A stretch of 64,000 nucleotides of DNA. Origin: Escherichia coli (GTDB lineage Bacteria > Pseudomonadota > Gammaproteobacteria > Enterobacterales > Enterobacteriaceae). The position numbers and the translations under genes are program-made. Where the stretch lies: assembly GCF_030013595.1 (NCBI RefSeq), contig NZ_CP122769.1; one strand, written 5' to 3'. Below, in pieces: positions 27,289 through 36,543 of the stretch. The notes under the pieces are model-generated. The model made no database searches, had not been told where the DNA came from, and saw nothing but the letters and a program-made list of their open reading frames with translations. Position 1 is the first letter of the stretch. Each line of letters begins with the position of its first letter.

Positions 27289-27714
27289 ATGGAATTACAG
27301 GACTGGCGAAAAGAACCTCGTAAAAACTATTCGAATGAATTCAAACTTCGTATGGTGGAACTGGCATCACAACCTGGAGCTTGTGTTGCACAGATTGCAC
27401 GTGAAAATGGCGTCAATGATAATGTTATTTTCAAATGGCTCAGGCTCTGGCAGAACGAAGGGCGTGTTTCGCGGCGTCTTCCGGTAACGACCTCTTCTGA
27501 CACTGGCGTTGAATTATTACCTGTAGAAATAACGCCGGATGAGCAGAAAGAACCTGTGGCGGCCATTGCGCCGTCTTTATCCACTTCCACTCAGACCAGA
27601 GTCAGTGCCAGTTCCTGCAAGGTGGAATTCCGTCACGGTAACATGACGCTGGAAAATCCATCGCCAGAGCTGCTCACGGTGTTGATCCGTGAACTGACCG
27701 GGAGGGGAAGATGA
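27289..27714 (+). CDS. tnpA: IS66-family accessory protein TnpA (orf1)
   Basis: 141-aa ORF; HTH-like N-terminus; first gene of the IS66-type trio. Confidence 0.85.
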   Translation: MELQDWRKEPRKNYSNEFKLRMVELASQPGACVAQIARENGVNDNVIFKWLRLWQNEGRVSRRLPVTTSSDTGVELLPVEITPDEQKEPVAAIAPSLSTSTQTRVSASSCKVEFRHGNMTLENPSPELLTVLIRELTGRGR

Positions 27715-28061
27715 TCTCACTCCCATCAGGTACCCGTATCTGGCTCGTTGCCGGCGTTACCGATATGCGTAAATCCTTCAACGGACTGGGAGAACAGGTA
27801 CAACATGTGCTGAATGATAATCCCTTCTCCGGTCACCTGTTTATCTTCCGTGGCCGACGGGGTGACACCGTCAAAATTCTTTGGGCTGATGCTGATGGTC
27901 TGTGCCTGTTCACCAAACGCCTGGAGGAAGGCCAGTTTATCTGGCCTGCGGTACGTGACGGCAAGGTATCCATTACCCGCTCGCAACTGGCAATGCTCCT
28001 CGATAAGCTGGACTGGCGTCAGCCAAAAACATCCAGCCGTAACTCACTGACAATGTTGTAA
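27711..28061 (+). CDS. tnpB: IS66-family accessory protein TnpB (orf2)
   Basis: 116-aa ORF; ATGA overlap with tnpA; RIWLVAGVTDMRKSFNGL is the typical IS66 orf2 start. Confidence 0.88.
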   Translation: MISLPSGTRIWLVAGVTDMRKSFNGLGEQVQHVLNDNPFSGHLFIFRGRRGDTVKILWADADGLCLFTKRLEEGQFIWPAVRDGKVSITRSQLAMLLDKLDWRQPKTSSRNSLTML

Positions 28062-28091
28062 AAAACTCCTGACCGCATTATAAAAACGGTC

Positions 28092-29705
28092 ATGAGTCAG
28101 AAATACCTCATTCGCATCGCAGAGCTGGAAAGGTTGCTCTCTGAGCAGGCTGAAGCCCTCCGTCAGAAAGACCAGCAACTGAGTCTGGTTGAAGAGACGG
28201 AAGCCTTCCTGCGCTCTGCACTGACACGTGCCGAAGAAAAGATCGAAGAAGATGAACGGGAAATAGAACATCTGCGGGCTCAGATAGAAAAACTGCGCCG
28301 GATGCTGTTCGGTACCCGTTCTGAAAAACTGCGTCGTGAAGTTGAACTGGCTGAGGCTCTGCTGAAACAACGTGAACAGGACAGCGATCGTTACAGTGGG
28401 CGGGAAGACGATCCTCAGGTTCCCCGCCAGTTGCGACAGTCGCGCCATCGTCGTCCGTTACCGGCACACCTTCCCCGTGAAATACACCGCCTGGAGCCAG
28501 AAGAAAGCTGTTGCCCGGAGTGTGGCGGTGAGCTGGATTATCTGGGGGAAGTCAGCGCTGAACAGCTGGAACTGGTGAGCAGTGCCCTGAAAGTGATCCG
28601 CACAGAACGGGTAAAAAAAGCCTGTACAAAATGTGACTGTATTGTTGAAGCACCGGCGCCGTCCCGCCCGATAGAGCGTGGTATCGCGGGCCCCGGATTA
28701 CTTGCCCGCGTGTTAACGGGAAAATACTGCGAACATCTGCCACTGTATCGTCAGAGTGAAATCTTTGCCCGCCAGGGTGTCGAACTGAGCCGGGCCTTAC
28801 TCTCCAACTGGGTTGACGCGTGCTGCCAGTTAATGACACCGGTGAATGATGCCCTGTACCGTTATGTAATGAACACCCGCAAGGTTCACACTGATGACAC
28901 ACCGGTAAAGGTACTGGCACCGGGTCAGAAAAAGGCGAAAACAGGGCGTATCTGGACGTATGTCCGGGATGATCGCAATGTGGGTTCGTCATCTCCTCCA
29001 GCGGTCTGGTTCGCGTACTCGCCGAACCGGCAGGGGAAACACCCGGAGCAACACCTCCGCCCCTTCCGGGGTATCCTGCAGGCGGATGCGTTCACAGGTT
29101 ACGACAGGTTGTTCAGTGCAGAACGTGAAGGTGGTGCACTGACAGAAGTTGCGTGCTGGGCCCATGCCCGGCGAAAAATCCACGATGTATACATCAGCAG
29201 CAAAAGTGCGACGGCAGAAGAAGCCCTGAAGCGAATCAGTGAACTGTACGCCATCGAGGATGAAATACGGGGATTACCGGAGTCAGAGCGTCTTGCCGTC
29301 AGGCAGCAGCGAAGCAAAGTGTTACTGACGTCGCTGCATGAATGGATGGTGGAGAAGAATGGTACGCTGTCGAAAAAATCCAGACTGGGCGAAGCGTTCA
29401 GCTATGTACTGAATCAGTGGGATGCCCTCTGTTATTACAGTGATGACGGTCTGGCGGAGGCGGATAATAATGCTGCGGAAAGAGCGCTTCGTGCAGTCTG
29501 TCTCGGAAAGAAAAACTTTATGTTCTTTGGCAGCGATCACGGCGGCGAGCGTGGAGCACTGTTGTACGGGCTGATCGGCACCTGCCGTCTGAACGGTATC
29601 GATCCGGAAGCGTATCTGCGCCATATCCTGAGCGTACTGCCGGAATGGCCTTCCAACCGAGTTGATGAACTCCTGCCATGGAACGTAGTACTCACCAATA
29701 AATAA
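28092..29705 (+). CDS. tnpC: IS66-family DDE transposase TnpC
   Basis: 537-aa ORF; leucine-zipper N-terminus; CPECGG zinc motif; conserved HTDDTP and ADNNAAERALR blocks. Confidence 0.9.
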   Translation: MSQKYLIRIAELERLLSEQAEALRQKDQQLSLVEETEAFLRSALTRAEEKIEEDEREIEHLRAQIEKLRRMLFGTRSEKLRREVELAEALLKQREQDSDRYSGREDDPQVPRQLRQSRHRRPLPAHLPREIHRLEPEESCCPECGGELDYLGEVSAEQLELVSSALKVIRTERVKKACTKCDCIVEAPAPSRPIERGIAGPGLLARVLTGKYCEHLPLYRQSEIFARQGVELSRALLSNWVDACCQLMTPVNDALYRYVMNTRKVHTDDTPVKVLAPGQKKAKTGRIWTYVRDDRNVGSSSPPAVWFAYSPNRQGKHPEQHLRPFRGILQADAFTGYDRLFSAEREGGALTEVACWAHARRKIHDVYISSKSATAEEALKRISELYAIEDEIRGLPESERLAVRQQRSKVLLTSLHEWMVEKNGTLSKKSRLGEAFSYVLNQWDALCYYSDDGLAEADNNAAERALRAVCLGKKNFMFFGSDHGGERGALLYGLIGTCRLNGIDPEAYLRHILSVLPEWPSNRVDELLPWNVVLTNK

Positions 29706-29735
29706 GCGTCAATACGGTGCTCCGTTGACGCTTAC

Positions 29736-29743
29736 AAATGGCT
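29736..29743. repeat. 8-bp target-site duplication AAATGGCT (right copy)
   Basis: See 27196-27203. Confidence 0.9.
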
Positions 29744-29938
29744 GCTCCCCTGTAGATGGTGTCCTTGCCAGATCGAACCCGAACCAGCGCCTCCTGAGCG
29801 TCTTTGCTTGCCCTGAGGCAATTGTGCAGGCTCACCAGCACCGGCGGTCCCAAAAATGTCCCGGGCAATTTTATAAAGAAGGTAAAAAGGTACGCCCAGC
29901 ATCATAAAAAAGATTACTGAAAATATTACACGTTCCAT
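29736..29938 (-). pseudogene. 5' part of IS66-split small ORF (TM helix N-terminus)
   Basis: ATG 29938 with CAGGAGA SD; MERVIFSVIFFMMLGVPFYLLYKIA TM segment; the reading frame runs into the IS end. Confidence 0.6.
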
Positions 29939-30370
29939 TGATGATCTCCTGTCTTGTGAGAGACCAGTTATATCAGGGTGATTCAGTATTTCCGTTTAGA
30001 AAAGAGTACTAATTTGGCCCTGTTCGATCTTAATTTGCCATCCGGGAAAAAGTCATAGGGATAGGCCTGCCAGAGTCAATAACTTCCAGTGATCTGGAGG
30101 AGACCCCGGCTCTCTGAGCCCTCATGGATGGTACGGCTTTACCCCCTGTAAACAGATTCACGTTCCGCAGGACAAACATCGACTACTGACGTCTCATATT
30201 TGCTGACGCTAATCCGACGTCTCATTGCCGTCTGCTTGTTTTCTTTAAAGGGTGTATTAGACGAATATCAAATCGGAATGGTAGGGGATGTGTGGGCACC
30301 ATGCCCGGCCCTCTTTGAGCATCTGAGAGATTGGAGACCTAGCCGGGTAAGATAGCTACTTTCTTACGGG

Positions 30371-30739
30371 TTACCCTTCAAATCCAAAGACGAAACGGAC
30401 GCTGCCGTTCTCCACGTGGAGACGCTTTACTTCTTCGACAAATTCCTGGATCACCTCTCCGGCGTTATCGGGTGGTATGGCTGACAAAATTTCTTCCGAA
30501 GTCAGCCATGAGTATGAATGTTCACCGAATAAATCATCATCTTCGGACGGTATATCATCAGGTAATCCGCGTAATGCGTGGATAAAAACTGCTGATGTGC
30601 TCGCCCTTTCACGATCTACATCAAATCCGAGCCAGGCAAAGTGGAGATATGATCGGTCCCCTTTATAATTGCTTGATAAATTAATCCATTTACCAGGCTT
30701 TTCTTCCCTTTGAAATCGCCAGCAGATATCAACGCCCAT
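30371..30739 (-). CDS. Hypothetical protein
   Basis: 122-aa ORF with weak SD; no motif recognised. Confidence 0.5.
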   Translation of the reverse strand: MGVDICWRFQREEKPGKWINLSSNYKGDRSYLHFAWLGFDVDRERASTSAVFIHALRGLPDDIPSEDDDLFGEHSYSWLTSEEILSAIPPDNAGEVIQEFVEEVKRLHVENGSVRFVFGFEG

Positions 30740-30903
30740 TAAGAAACTCCATTACTATCGTTCGTATGAGATAACTATCATTTCAGAATACTATGACTTC
30801 TTCCCGTATAGAACTAATCGCTCACGCCAACTGGGCGAAGCCAACCGGTTCCGCCACTTCGCTCATTGGTTTTTAGGCGTAAGCACTGAAGCCAGTCTCC
30901 ATG

Positions 30904-31446
30904 CTAACTGGCGAGCCTGCGAAAGTCAGACTCGTTGTTATAAAGCGGCATATCGTAAGCGGTGTCTGAAATGAACATGCGGATCTGCTCAAGCGTCATG
31001 CCACAATGAAAACGGTTTACGCTCACATTGGCCCGGGGGAAGTCAGCACAAAACGCATTCAAAACATTTTCATGGACAATGCCAATGTTGATCAACGCAG
31101 CTGGCCCGTTGTCACGGAAGGATACGACACGGAATCCCCCATACCAGCCTGAATGGGAGAAAAATGAAAATGCGCCGGATGCCAGACCATTAGACAGGTC
31201 ATAGCGCAATTTCCCGCACAGAGACTGGCTGTCTTTGCTGTACACGCGATTAATGAAAATACCGGGACCAACTTCTACCGGCTGCTTGTTGCTTGCTAAA
31301 CACGGAAAGCCCACCAGCGAAACCTCCCTTTCTCCTGACCAGTTTACCTGATACCCGGCAGTGAGAAAGTCCGTCAGTTCTACGCCAGAAAGAGCATTAA
31401 TGGCCGCGATATCGGTAGTCAAAATATTTACGTTTTTCATATTCAT
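30904..31446 (-). CDS. Hypothetical protein
   Basis: 180-aa ORF; no motif recognised. Confidence 0.55.
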   Translation of the reverse strand: MNMKNVNILTTDIAAINALSGVELTDFLTAGYQVNWSGEREVSLVGFPCLASNKQPVEVGPGIFINRVYSKDSQSLCGKLRYDLSNGLASGAFSFFSHSGWYGGFRVVSFRDNGPAALINIGIVHENVLNAFCADFPRANVSVNRFHCGMTLEQIRMFISDTAYDMPLYNNESDFRRLAS

Positions 31447-31507
31447 CTCATCTTTATTCTAAAGTGCGTTTTTTGTCTATCAGCCCGAGGATTGAAAATT
31501 TGAATAT

Positions 31508-31945
31508 TTAATGTGACAGATAAATACCTGTCACTTTTTCAAAAACAGCCTGTAATTGAATATCGAGAGAGTTCATTTTAAAATCCACCAGCTCAGCTTT
31601 ATTATCGCAAACCAAATAAAAATAGGAGTCAAATGCGTCTGTATCTTCATCTTTAAAAATACGGAAGGAATTAATTTTATCATGCCCTTCAAATTCGGCA
31701 TGAATACCATAGCGAACCGAGCCGTCATCGAACTGAACAACCCGTCGTACAGAATTAATCCGGACGTACTGTTTTAAGGCCCTCGCGAAATCGGCATTTA
31801 ACGCCAACGCTCGTAAGATTGAATCAGCGGTTTCATTCTGCTTTTTACGATCGTATTCAAATATCCCACAGCCGGTGTTACGAAAGACCGGCTGAAGAGC
31901 ATTAACCAGGTTGAAGGAATCCACGTTTCTGTCGTTTCTGTACAT
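31508..31945 (-). CDS. Hypothetical protein
   Basis: 145-aa ORF; AGGAG SD. Confidence 0.6.
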   Translation of the reverse strand: MYRNDRNVDSFNLVNALQPVFRNTGCGIFEYDRKKQNETADSILRALALNADFARALKQYVRINSVRRVVQFDDGSVRYGIHAEFEGHDKINSFRIFKDEDTDAFDSYFYLVCDNKAELVDFKMNSLDIQLQAVFEKVTGIYLSH

Positions 31946-31989
31946 GAGATATCTCCTGCCCCTCCGCTATACGAAGGGGCTTGATAGGG

Positions 31990-32286
31990 TTACTGCCAGG
32001 CTGCGATCACTTCTTCGCACTGGAAATGAGATAAGCACTGCTGGAGTAGAAGAGCCAGCACCGCTGTGTTAGGGACGCGATTGTTACACCACGCGTTGAA
32101 AAGCAGCTGCCATGGACCGGCATAATACCCGGCCAGTTTCTTTTTTTGTTTAGCTGTACGGCAGCGGGAAATGGCCTGCTGATAAAGGCTTTCATTCTCA
32201 TCACCAGCCCGTTTTTGCAGAGTGCGATAAATATACGAATAAAGACTGTCAGAACAGTTTGAAGCGTACGCCAGTTGTTTTTTCAT
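31990..32286 (-). CDS. Hypothetical protein
   Basis: 98-aa ORF; AGGAGG SD; conserved promoter module directly upstream. Confidence 0.6.
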   Translation of the reverse strand: MKKQLAYASNCSDSLYSYIYRTLQKRAGDENESLYQQAISRCRTAKQKKKLAGYYAGPWQLLFNAWCNNRVPNTAVLALLLQQCLSHFQCEEVIAAWQ

Positions 32287-32306
32287 AATACCTCCTGTTT
32301 AGAAGT

Positions 32307-32344
32307 ATTATATGTAAACAGCCTCAGCGGCTAATAACCCGTAG
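32307..32344 (-). promoter_or_regulatory. Conserved promoter module, copy 1
   Basis: Minus strand CGGGTTATTAGCC, 16 nt, TATAAT; about 20 nt upstream of the 31990..32286 SD. Confidence 0.6.
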
Positions 32345-32406
32345 CAATATAATTTGCATTTTTTCTATTTCTGAAGACGCTTTTTAAATTAATATTTACT
32401 GAGTTA

Positions 32407-32685
32407 TCACAACTTATTATTCTTCCCGTCTGCTGTTTTATTAATCCCCCAGTTAGTAATCACGCCAAGTCGGCGCAATTTTTCACGTTGTTCATAAATA
32501 AAAAAATCGCCAAGGCAGTCTTTTAAAACTTCACTATCCTGATATTTTATTTTTTGAAGCATCCTCGCAACTATGGCGCGTTTCAGGAATATGGCTGCAT
32601 CAGACTCAAGCATTTGTGAGGACTGTCTGACGGTCTCCTGCATGTCGACGATACTGCTGAGCTTTCGTCTGACCACGCTTAGCAT
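32407..32685 (-). CDS. Hypothetical protein (start uncertain)
   Basis: 92-aa ORF; no clear SD at any of three candidate ATGs. Confidence 0.4.
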   Translation of the reverse strand: MLSVVRRKLSSIVDMQETVRQSSQMLESDAAIFLKRAIVARMLQKIKYQDSEVLKDCLGDFFIYEQREKLRRLGVITNWGINKTADGKNNKL

Positions 32686-32869
32686 AGTGTCCGGGAACCG
32701 CTTAGCGGCTGAATGTAACCCGCAACAACGTTACGCATTGTTTTACTCACTGCAATTTTCCATTTAAGTCTGTTTGTTCCACCAGCTGCTAACATCAGCG
32801 TTATTCATCCTGAGGTTTCGCCCGCGATTGACAGATCAGAGGCAGCATGGATGAAATTGCCAGAGTAGA

Positions 32870-33151
32870 TCACTGCATACGCGAATAGTGGTTTGTATTC
32901 AGTTCTGCGTTTGCCTGCTTTTCCAGTGCTGTCATAACCCGGCGGAGCATCGCCAGAGCCTGAACAGGCGAGCTCCCAAACTGCACTTTCACTTCAGCCG
33001 TATCATGATCCTGAATCAGGTCGAGTATATTCACTTCGATCCCTGCCCCGTTTTCATCTTTTGCCGTGCACTGAATACTTACCCGGGTCACCGAATCCGT
33101 CAGGACTGGCAGTGGGTTAGTTTTGTCTACGTTGATAACAGCCTTCTTCAT
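32870..33151 (-). CDS. Hypothetical protein downstream of ParB-like gene
   Basis: 93-aa ORF; purine-rich SD region. Confidence 0.55.
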   Translation of the reverse strand: MKKAVINVDKTNPLPVLTDSVTRVSIQCTAKDENGAGIEVNILDLIQDHDTAEVKVQFGSSPVQALAMLRRVMTALEKQANAELNTNHYSRMQ

Positions 33152-33171
33152 TGCCCTGTTTCCCCTTGTCC

Positions 33172-33209
33172 TGAAAAAGTTACCGACCCGTCCGGATGGA
33201 GGGGTCGGT
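33172..33209 (-). terminator. Stem-loop/terminator after ParB-like gene
   Basis: Minus strand ACCGACCC-12 nt-GGGTCGGT followed by AACTTTTT. Confidence 0.55.
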
Positions 33210-33216
33210 CAGAAAA

Positions 33217-34401
33217 TCATGACTGTCCCTTGTTCATCTTATCAGCATGCTTACGCAGGTACTCTTTCAGGTCAGCATGAGCGTTGATGATATCGTTCAT
33301 TTCATCATTGGTCAGAACAAGCGTGTAAGTATCAGTACTGACAGATTCACCTTCTTTAAGCTTGGCTTCTTCAGCAATACGTTCAAAAATCGGGATCGCG
33401 GTGTCTGCAATGACGGTCACAGTCTTTTTGTTCAGAACGCTGGACATGGAAGGTGCTTTACCTGCCGGGTTCTGTTTAGGAGCGCTGTCCTTTGGAGCTG
33501 GAGCCGGTTCCTGTACCGGTGGCGTATCCAGCGTCTCCGTATTGCTTTCATCGTTCAGTTGATCCGGTACCGGGGTGTTATCGGTAGTATCATCTGCCGG
33601 TTGCTCAGCACCGATGTTTTCCGGAGTCTGCGGATCTGCCATGCGCTCTTCTACCTTGGCAGCTTTGACGAATTTCAGCGTGTTTTTCGTCGCCTTGCCA
33701 TAGATGGAGATCGCTTTGTTGATGTTATCTACCGCATCCTCACCGCTGTACATATACTCGTCCAGTGCAACGTACATGCTCACCTGATCGCTCACAAGCA
33801 TGGTCTGTAGTTCAGAAGGCAGGTCCAGTACGCGAACCATCTGGCGAAGATGCTGCTCTGATTTACCACGTTTTTTTGCCAGTTCCGCAAAGGTCTTAGG
33901 CTCTTCTTTATCTTCAACCAGACGCTTAATTGAAAGCGCTTCAGCTACGACAGACAGCGCCAGGTTGGAGTTGCCGGTCAGGGTGAAGAGTTCTGCTTTT
34001 GAAGCGCTACCGCGAAACTCTTCGCAGCGAATACGAGTAATGCGTTCACGCCCTTCTGCTTCCAGCTGGCGGTTTGCAATAGCGATGGAACGGATACGGC
34101 AAGCCCCCTGACGCAGTACAGGTACGCCATTAACCATCTGAACAACGATAGGCGTCACGCTGAACGGGTCTTCCATGTAGGCATCGGCCAGGCTGTTCAG
34201 GTGTTCCACAACGTGAGGCATTGAATAGTAGAGCTCGCCCATACCGGCCGTGCGGGTGTTAAAGCCTTCCTGCTCTACAACAACCGAAGGGTCAATGATA
34301 AGGCCGTTGCCTTTACGGGCACCGTTACCAGTGCGTTCCAGGTAACCACGAAGGCTGATTTCGTTGCTGTTGTTTTTTACTTCAGTTTCGATTGCGGACA
34401 T
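33217..34401 (-). CDS. Orphan ParB/KorB-like DNA-binding protein (no adjacent ParA)
   Basis: 394-aa ORF; ParB N-domain arginine patch variant VLRQGACRIRSIAIA (cf. GERRxRA); HTH-like FAELAKKRGKSEQHLRQMVRVLDLP; acidic/Pro linker; C-terminal domain. Confidence 0.65.
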   Translation of the reverse strand: MSAIETEVKNNSNEISLRGYLERTGNGARKGNGLIIDPSVVVEQEGFNTRTAGMGELYYSMPHVVEHLNSLADAYMEDPFSVTPIVVQMVNGVPVLRQGACRIRSIAIANRQLEAEGRERITRIRCEEFRGSASKAELFTLTGNSNLALSVVAEALSIKRLVEDKEEPKTFAELAKKRGKSEQHLRQMVRVLDLPSELQTMLVSDQVSMYVALDEYMYSGEDAVDNINKAISIYGKATKNTLKFVKAAKVEERMADPQTPENIGAEQPADDTTDNTPVPDQLNDESNTETLDTPPVQEPAPAPKDSAPKQNPAGKAPSMSSVLNKKTVTVIADTAIPIFERIAEEAKLKEGESVSTDTYTLVLTNDEMNDIINAHADLKEYLRKHADKMNKGQS

Positions 34402-34446
34402 TTTTGTTCTCTTTTTTGGTTGGTTGTTTAACTGCGCTACAACACA

Positions 34447-34484
34447 ACAATACCAGGTTCGACATTTTTCCTAATAGGTTGCGG
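34447..34484 (-). promoter_or_regulatory. Conserved promoter module, copy 2 (variant) driving ParB-like gene
   Basis: Minus strand CAACCTATTAGGA, 16 nt, TATTGT; a palindromic box starts 8 bp upstream of it. Confidence 0.5.
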
Positions 34485-34491
34485 AGAAGAA

Positions 34492-34502
34492 AAAGTAACT
34501 TT
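34492..34502. repeat. Palindromic box, copy 13 (gaAAAAGTAACTTTTTt), abutting the ParB-like promoter
   Basis: Read directly. Confidence 0.85.
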
Positions 34503-34617
34503 TTTTAAAAATTTTCCTGAGGCAATACTACTCGATCCGTCCGTTTTAAATCTTCACAACAGTGGGCCGTTTTTACGTTTAAGCAAAATAACTGGTTCAG
34601 AAGGTGACTCAGAGAGA

Positions 34618-34628
34618 AAAGTTACTTT
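34618..34628. repeat. Palindromic box, copy 14 (gAAAAGTTACTTTTCc)
   Basis: Read directly; 126 bp from copy 13 in the same intergenic region. Confidence 0.85.
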
Positions 34629-34816
34629 TCCGGTTGTCTGGGCCAGTGATGGGAGAGTGGCAGGACAGGAATGGCTAAACCGGTGCGGGTCTCTTGTAAG
34701 TCGCAGGGGATTCAGGAGATATAGAGGTAAACTGGTACGTTCAGTTTTTGGATTGAGCCGGGCTTTTGGCCCGGGCTTAAGGAAGCAGAAATTTGAACGA
34801 ACTGGCAGGTAATGCT

Positions 34817-34993
34817 TTATGCCGCCGACAGCTGGCCGTCAGTGCTTTGCTGTTCTGGTTTGACAGTTGGGGGATAACCGGCAGTTAGCCGCTGGCATTC
34901 CGCATCACAGAAAGCCCTGAGGTTGCTGAAGACGGACTCCATGAAATCAGCATGAGCATACGAGTCTACAGGACGTGTCTTGTTATCTTTCAT
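34817..34993 (-). CDS. Small hypothetical protein
   Basis: ATG 34993 preceded by GAGGAG (track ORF begins earlier at 35047); 58 aa. Confidence 0.45.
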   Translation of the reverse strand: MKDNKTRPVDSYAHADFMESVFSNLRAFCDAECQRLTAGYPPTVKPEQQSTDGQLSAA

Positions 34994-35502
34994 CTTGTTC
35001 TCCTCAATCATTATTAAAACCAGCGGATTTAGTTTCTGGCGCTCCATCTGCTGACCGGCTTTCCCAGAGAGCAGCGATGTGTCGGGTTCTTTTTCTCATT
35101 TTATCGTTTTCATCGGGCCCATCCGGGCGTATAAGAGACCGATTTGGCATGTTTAGGAAACGTACTGGCGTAATTAAAAGCTGAGGTTGGATTTGGAATA
35201 AAAGGATGCTTTTCCCGTTTGTCGGGTCTTTCGCCACCGCTGCACGATGATTCTGTCAGGCATTCTGCGCCCTCCCAGGCTGCACATCTGGAAACAAGCG
35301 TTGGGATGTTCCCTTCCCCTGCTCACCGTAGAAAGATCGGCAAGTCCCGACGGTCGTTCCGTACGAGCCGGGTCCAAATAATGAATAAATAAAACGCCGC
35401 TTCAATTGTATTGACAATAGAAGTCAGGAGGATCATAGTGTCATTCATGGTGCGGCTTTCGCACCACCGCCCCGGCGGTACCGGGCAGAACTGGAGTACC
35501 TC

Positions 35503-36447
35503 ATGAAACTTTCCCGTCAGACGACTTCTGATACTTCTGTTGATGGCCGTTCACGCGCATATGCCTGGGGCCGTGTCCATTATTTCATTATCGAACATGC
35601 ACCAATGGCTGAGCTGGTCGCTATTGACGAGCTGCTGGAAAAAGCTGGCTGGAGCAATGACGGCTGTCCGAACTATGAGAAAGATGACGAGTTTGGTAAT
35701 GCTGGTTACAGCTGTGGTTACTGGATCGATATTGACAGCGTGGGAAGCTTCAAGGCTGACTACAAACGTCTTAAGGGGGAGATTAGTGCGCATATCGCCT
35801 CAAAGGCGGCAGAGGTGGAGATCCGCGTACTGGACTCGATGTCCGACAAAGAATGTAAAGATGTTGCCTCGGTGGCATCTACTGTTCGCCGTGACTTACG
35901 TACGCAGTCCGAATCGCTTCATTCACTGCGTACAATCGTAACGGTTGATCATTACAATCCCTATGTGACCACCAGCCGCCCGCTGAGCATTTCCGCCTGG
36001 ACACTTATCCACGACTGTCTGAAAACAGGCACCATCAATGACGTCTGTTCACGGTTGAGTTCATTAATCCTGCACTCTGAAGCCGCGATTGCCCGTTGTA
36101 AGGGAAGCTCCGACTACTCTTCGGAACACGCTCAGCTATCGTTTTTTGCTGGTAACGACTATGTCACCAGACGCACCCTTGTTGATGCAGCTCACGAAGA
36201 GGCTCTGCGAATGAACCGCCGCTTTGATGAACGCATTGCAATGAACGCGGATTCTGATGCCAGAAGGCTCCAGTGCGAATTCAACCTTAGCAACCATGTC
36301 GTACAGCGTAGGACCGTTGAATCTGCTCATATCCAGGCACTCAATGAAGACGTCACCCGTTCACAGGCGGAACCACGCTGCCCTGGAAAGCTTCTTCTGA
36401 ATATGACCAGTCATGAGGAAGTGCGGGACTCACTGAGCGCCTGTTAG
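35503..36447 (+). CDS. Hypothetical protein
   Basis: 314-aa ORF; GGAG SD; TTGACA-17-CATAGT promoter-like sequence near 35411. Confidence 0.6.
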   Translation: MKLSRQTTSDTSVDGRSRAYAWGRVHYFIIEHAPMAELVAIDELLEKAGWSNDGCPNYEKDDEFGNAGYSCGYWIDIDSVGSFKADYKRLKGEISAHIASKAAEVEIRVLDSMSDKECKDVASVASTVRRDLRTQSESLHSLRTIVTVDHYNPYVTTSRPLSISAWTLIHDCLKTGTINDVCSRLSSLILHSEAAIARCKGSSDYSSEHAQLSFFAGNDYVTRRTLVDAAHEEALRMNRRFDERIAMNADSDARRLQCEFNLSNHVVQRRTVESAHIQALNEDVTRSQAEPRCPGKLLLNMTSHEEVRDSLSAC

Positions 36448-36543
36448 TCCAGCGACACCCCCTGCGGCTCTACTACCGGGCCGCAGTCTGCTCCTGCCCA
36501 GATGGTGCCAGTGGTGTAATGAATTTGTTTAATAAGGCTAAGT

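Larger units (their letters stand above)
27204..29735 (+). mobile_element. IS66-family insertion sequence, complete (2532 bp)
   Basis: Terminal repeats GTAAGCGTAAACTGACCGCCGTAT / GTAAGCGTCAACGGAGCACCGTAT; tnpA-tnpB-tnpC organisation; 8-bp duplication. Confidence 0.92.

Noticed and set aside
30188-30225. Direct repeat GACGTCTCAT x2, 28 bp apart, in the non-coding stretch right of the IS66-split ORF
   Set aside because: Two 10-mers are not enough to call iterons or an operator, and no further copies were seen.
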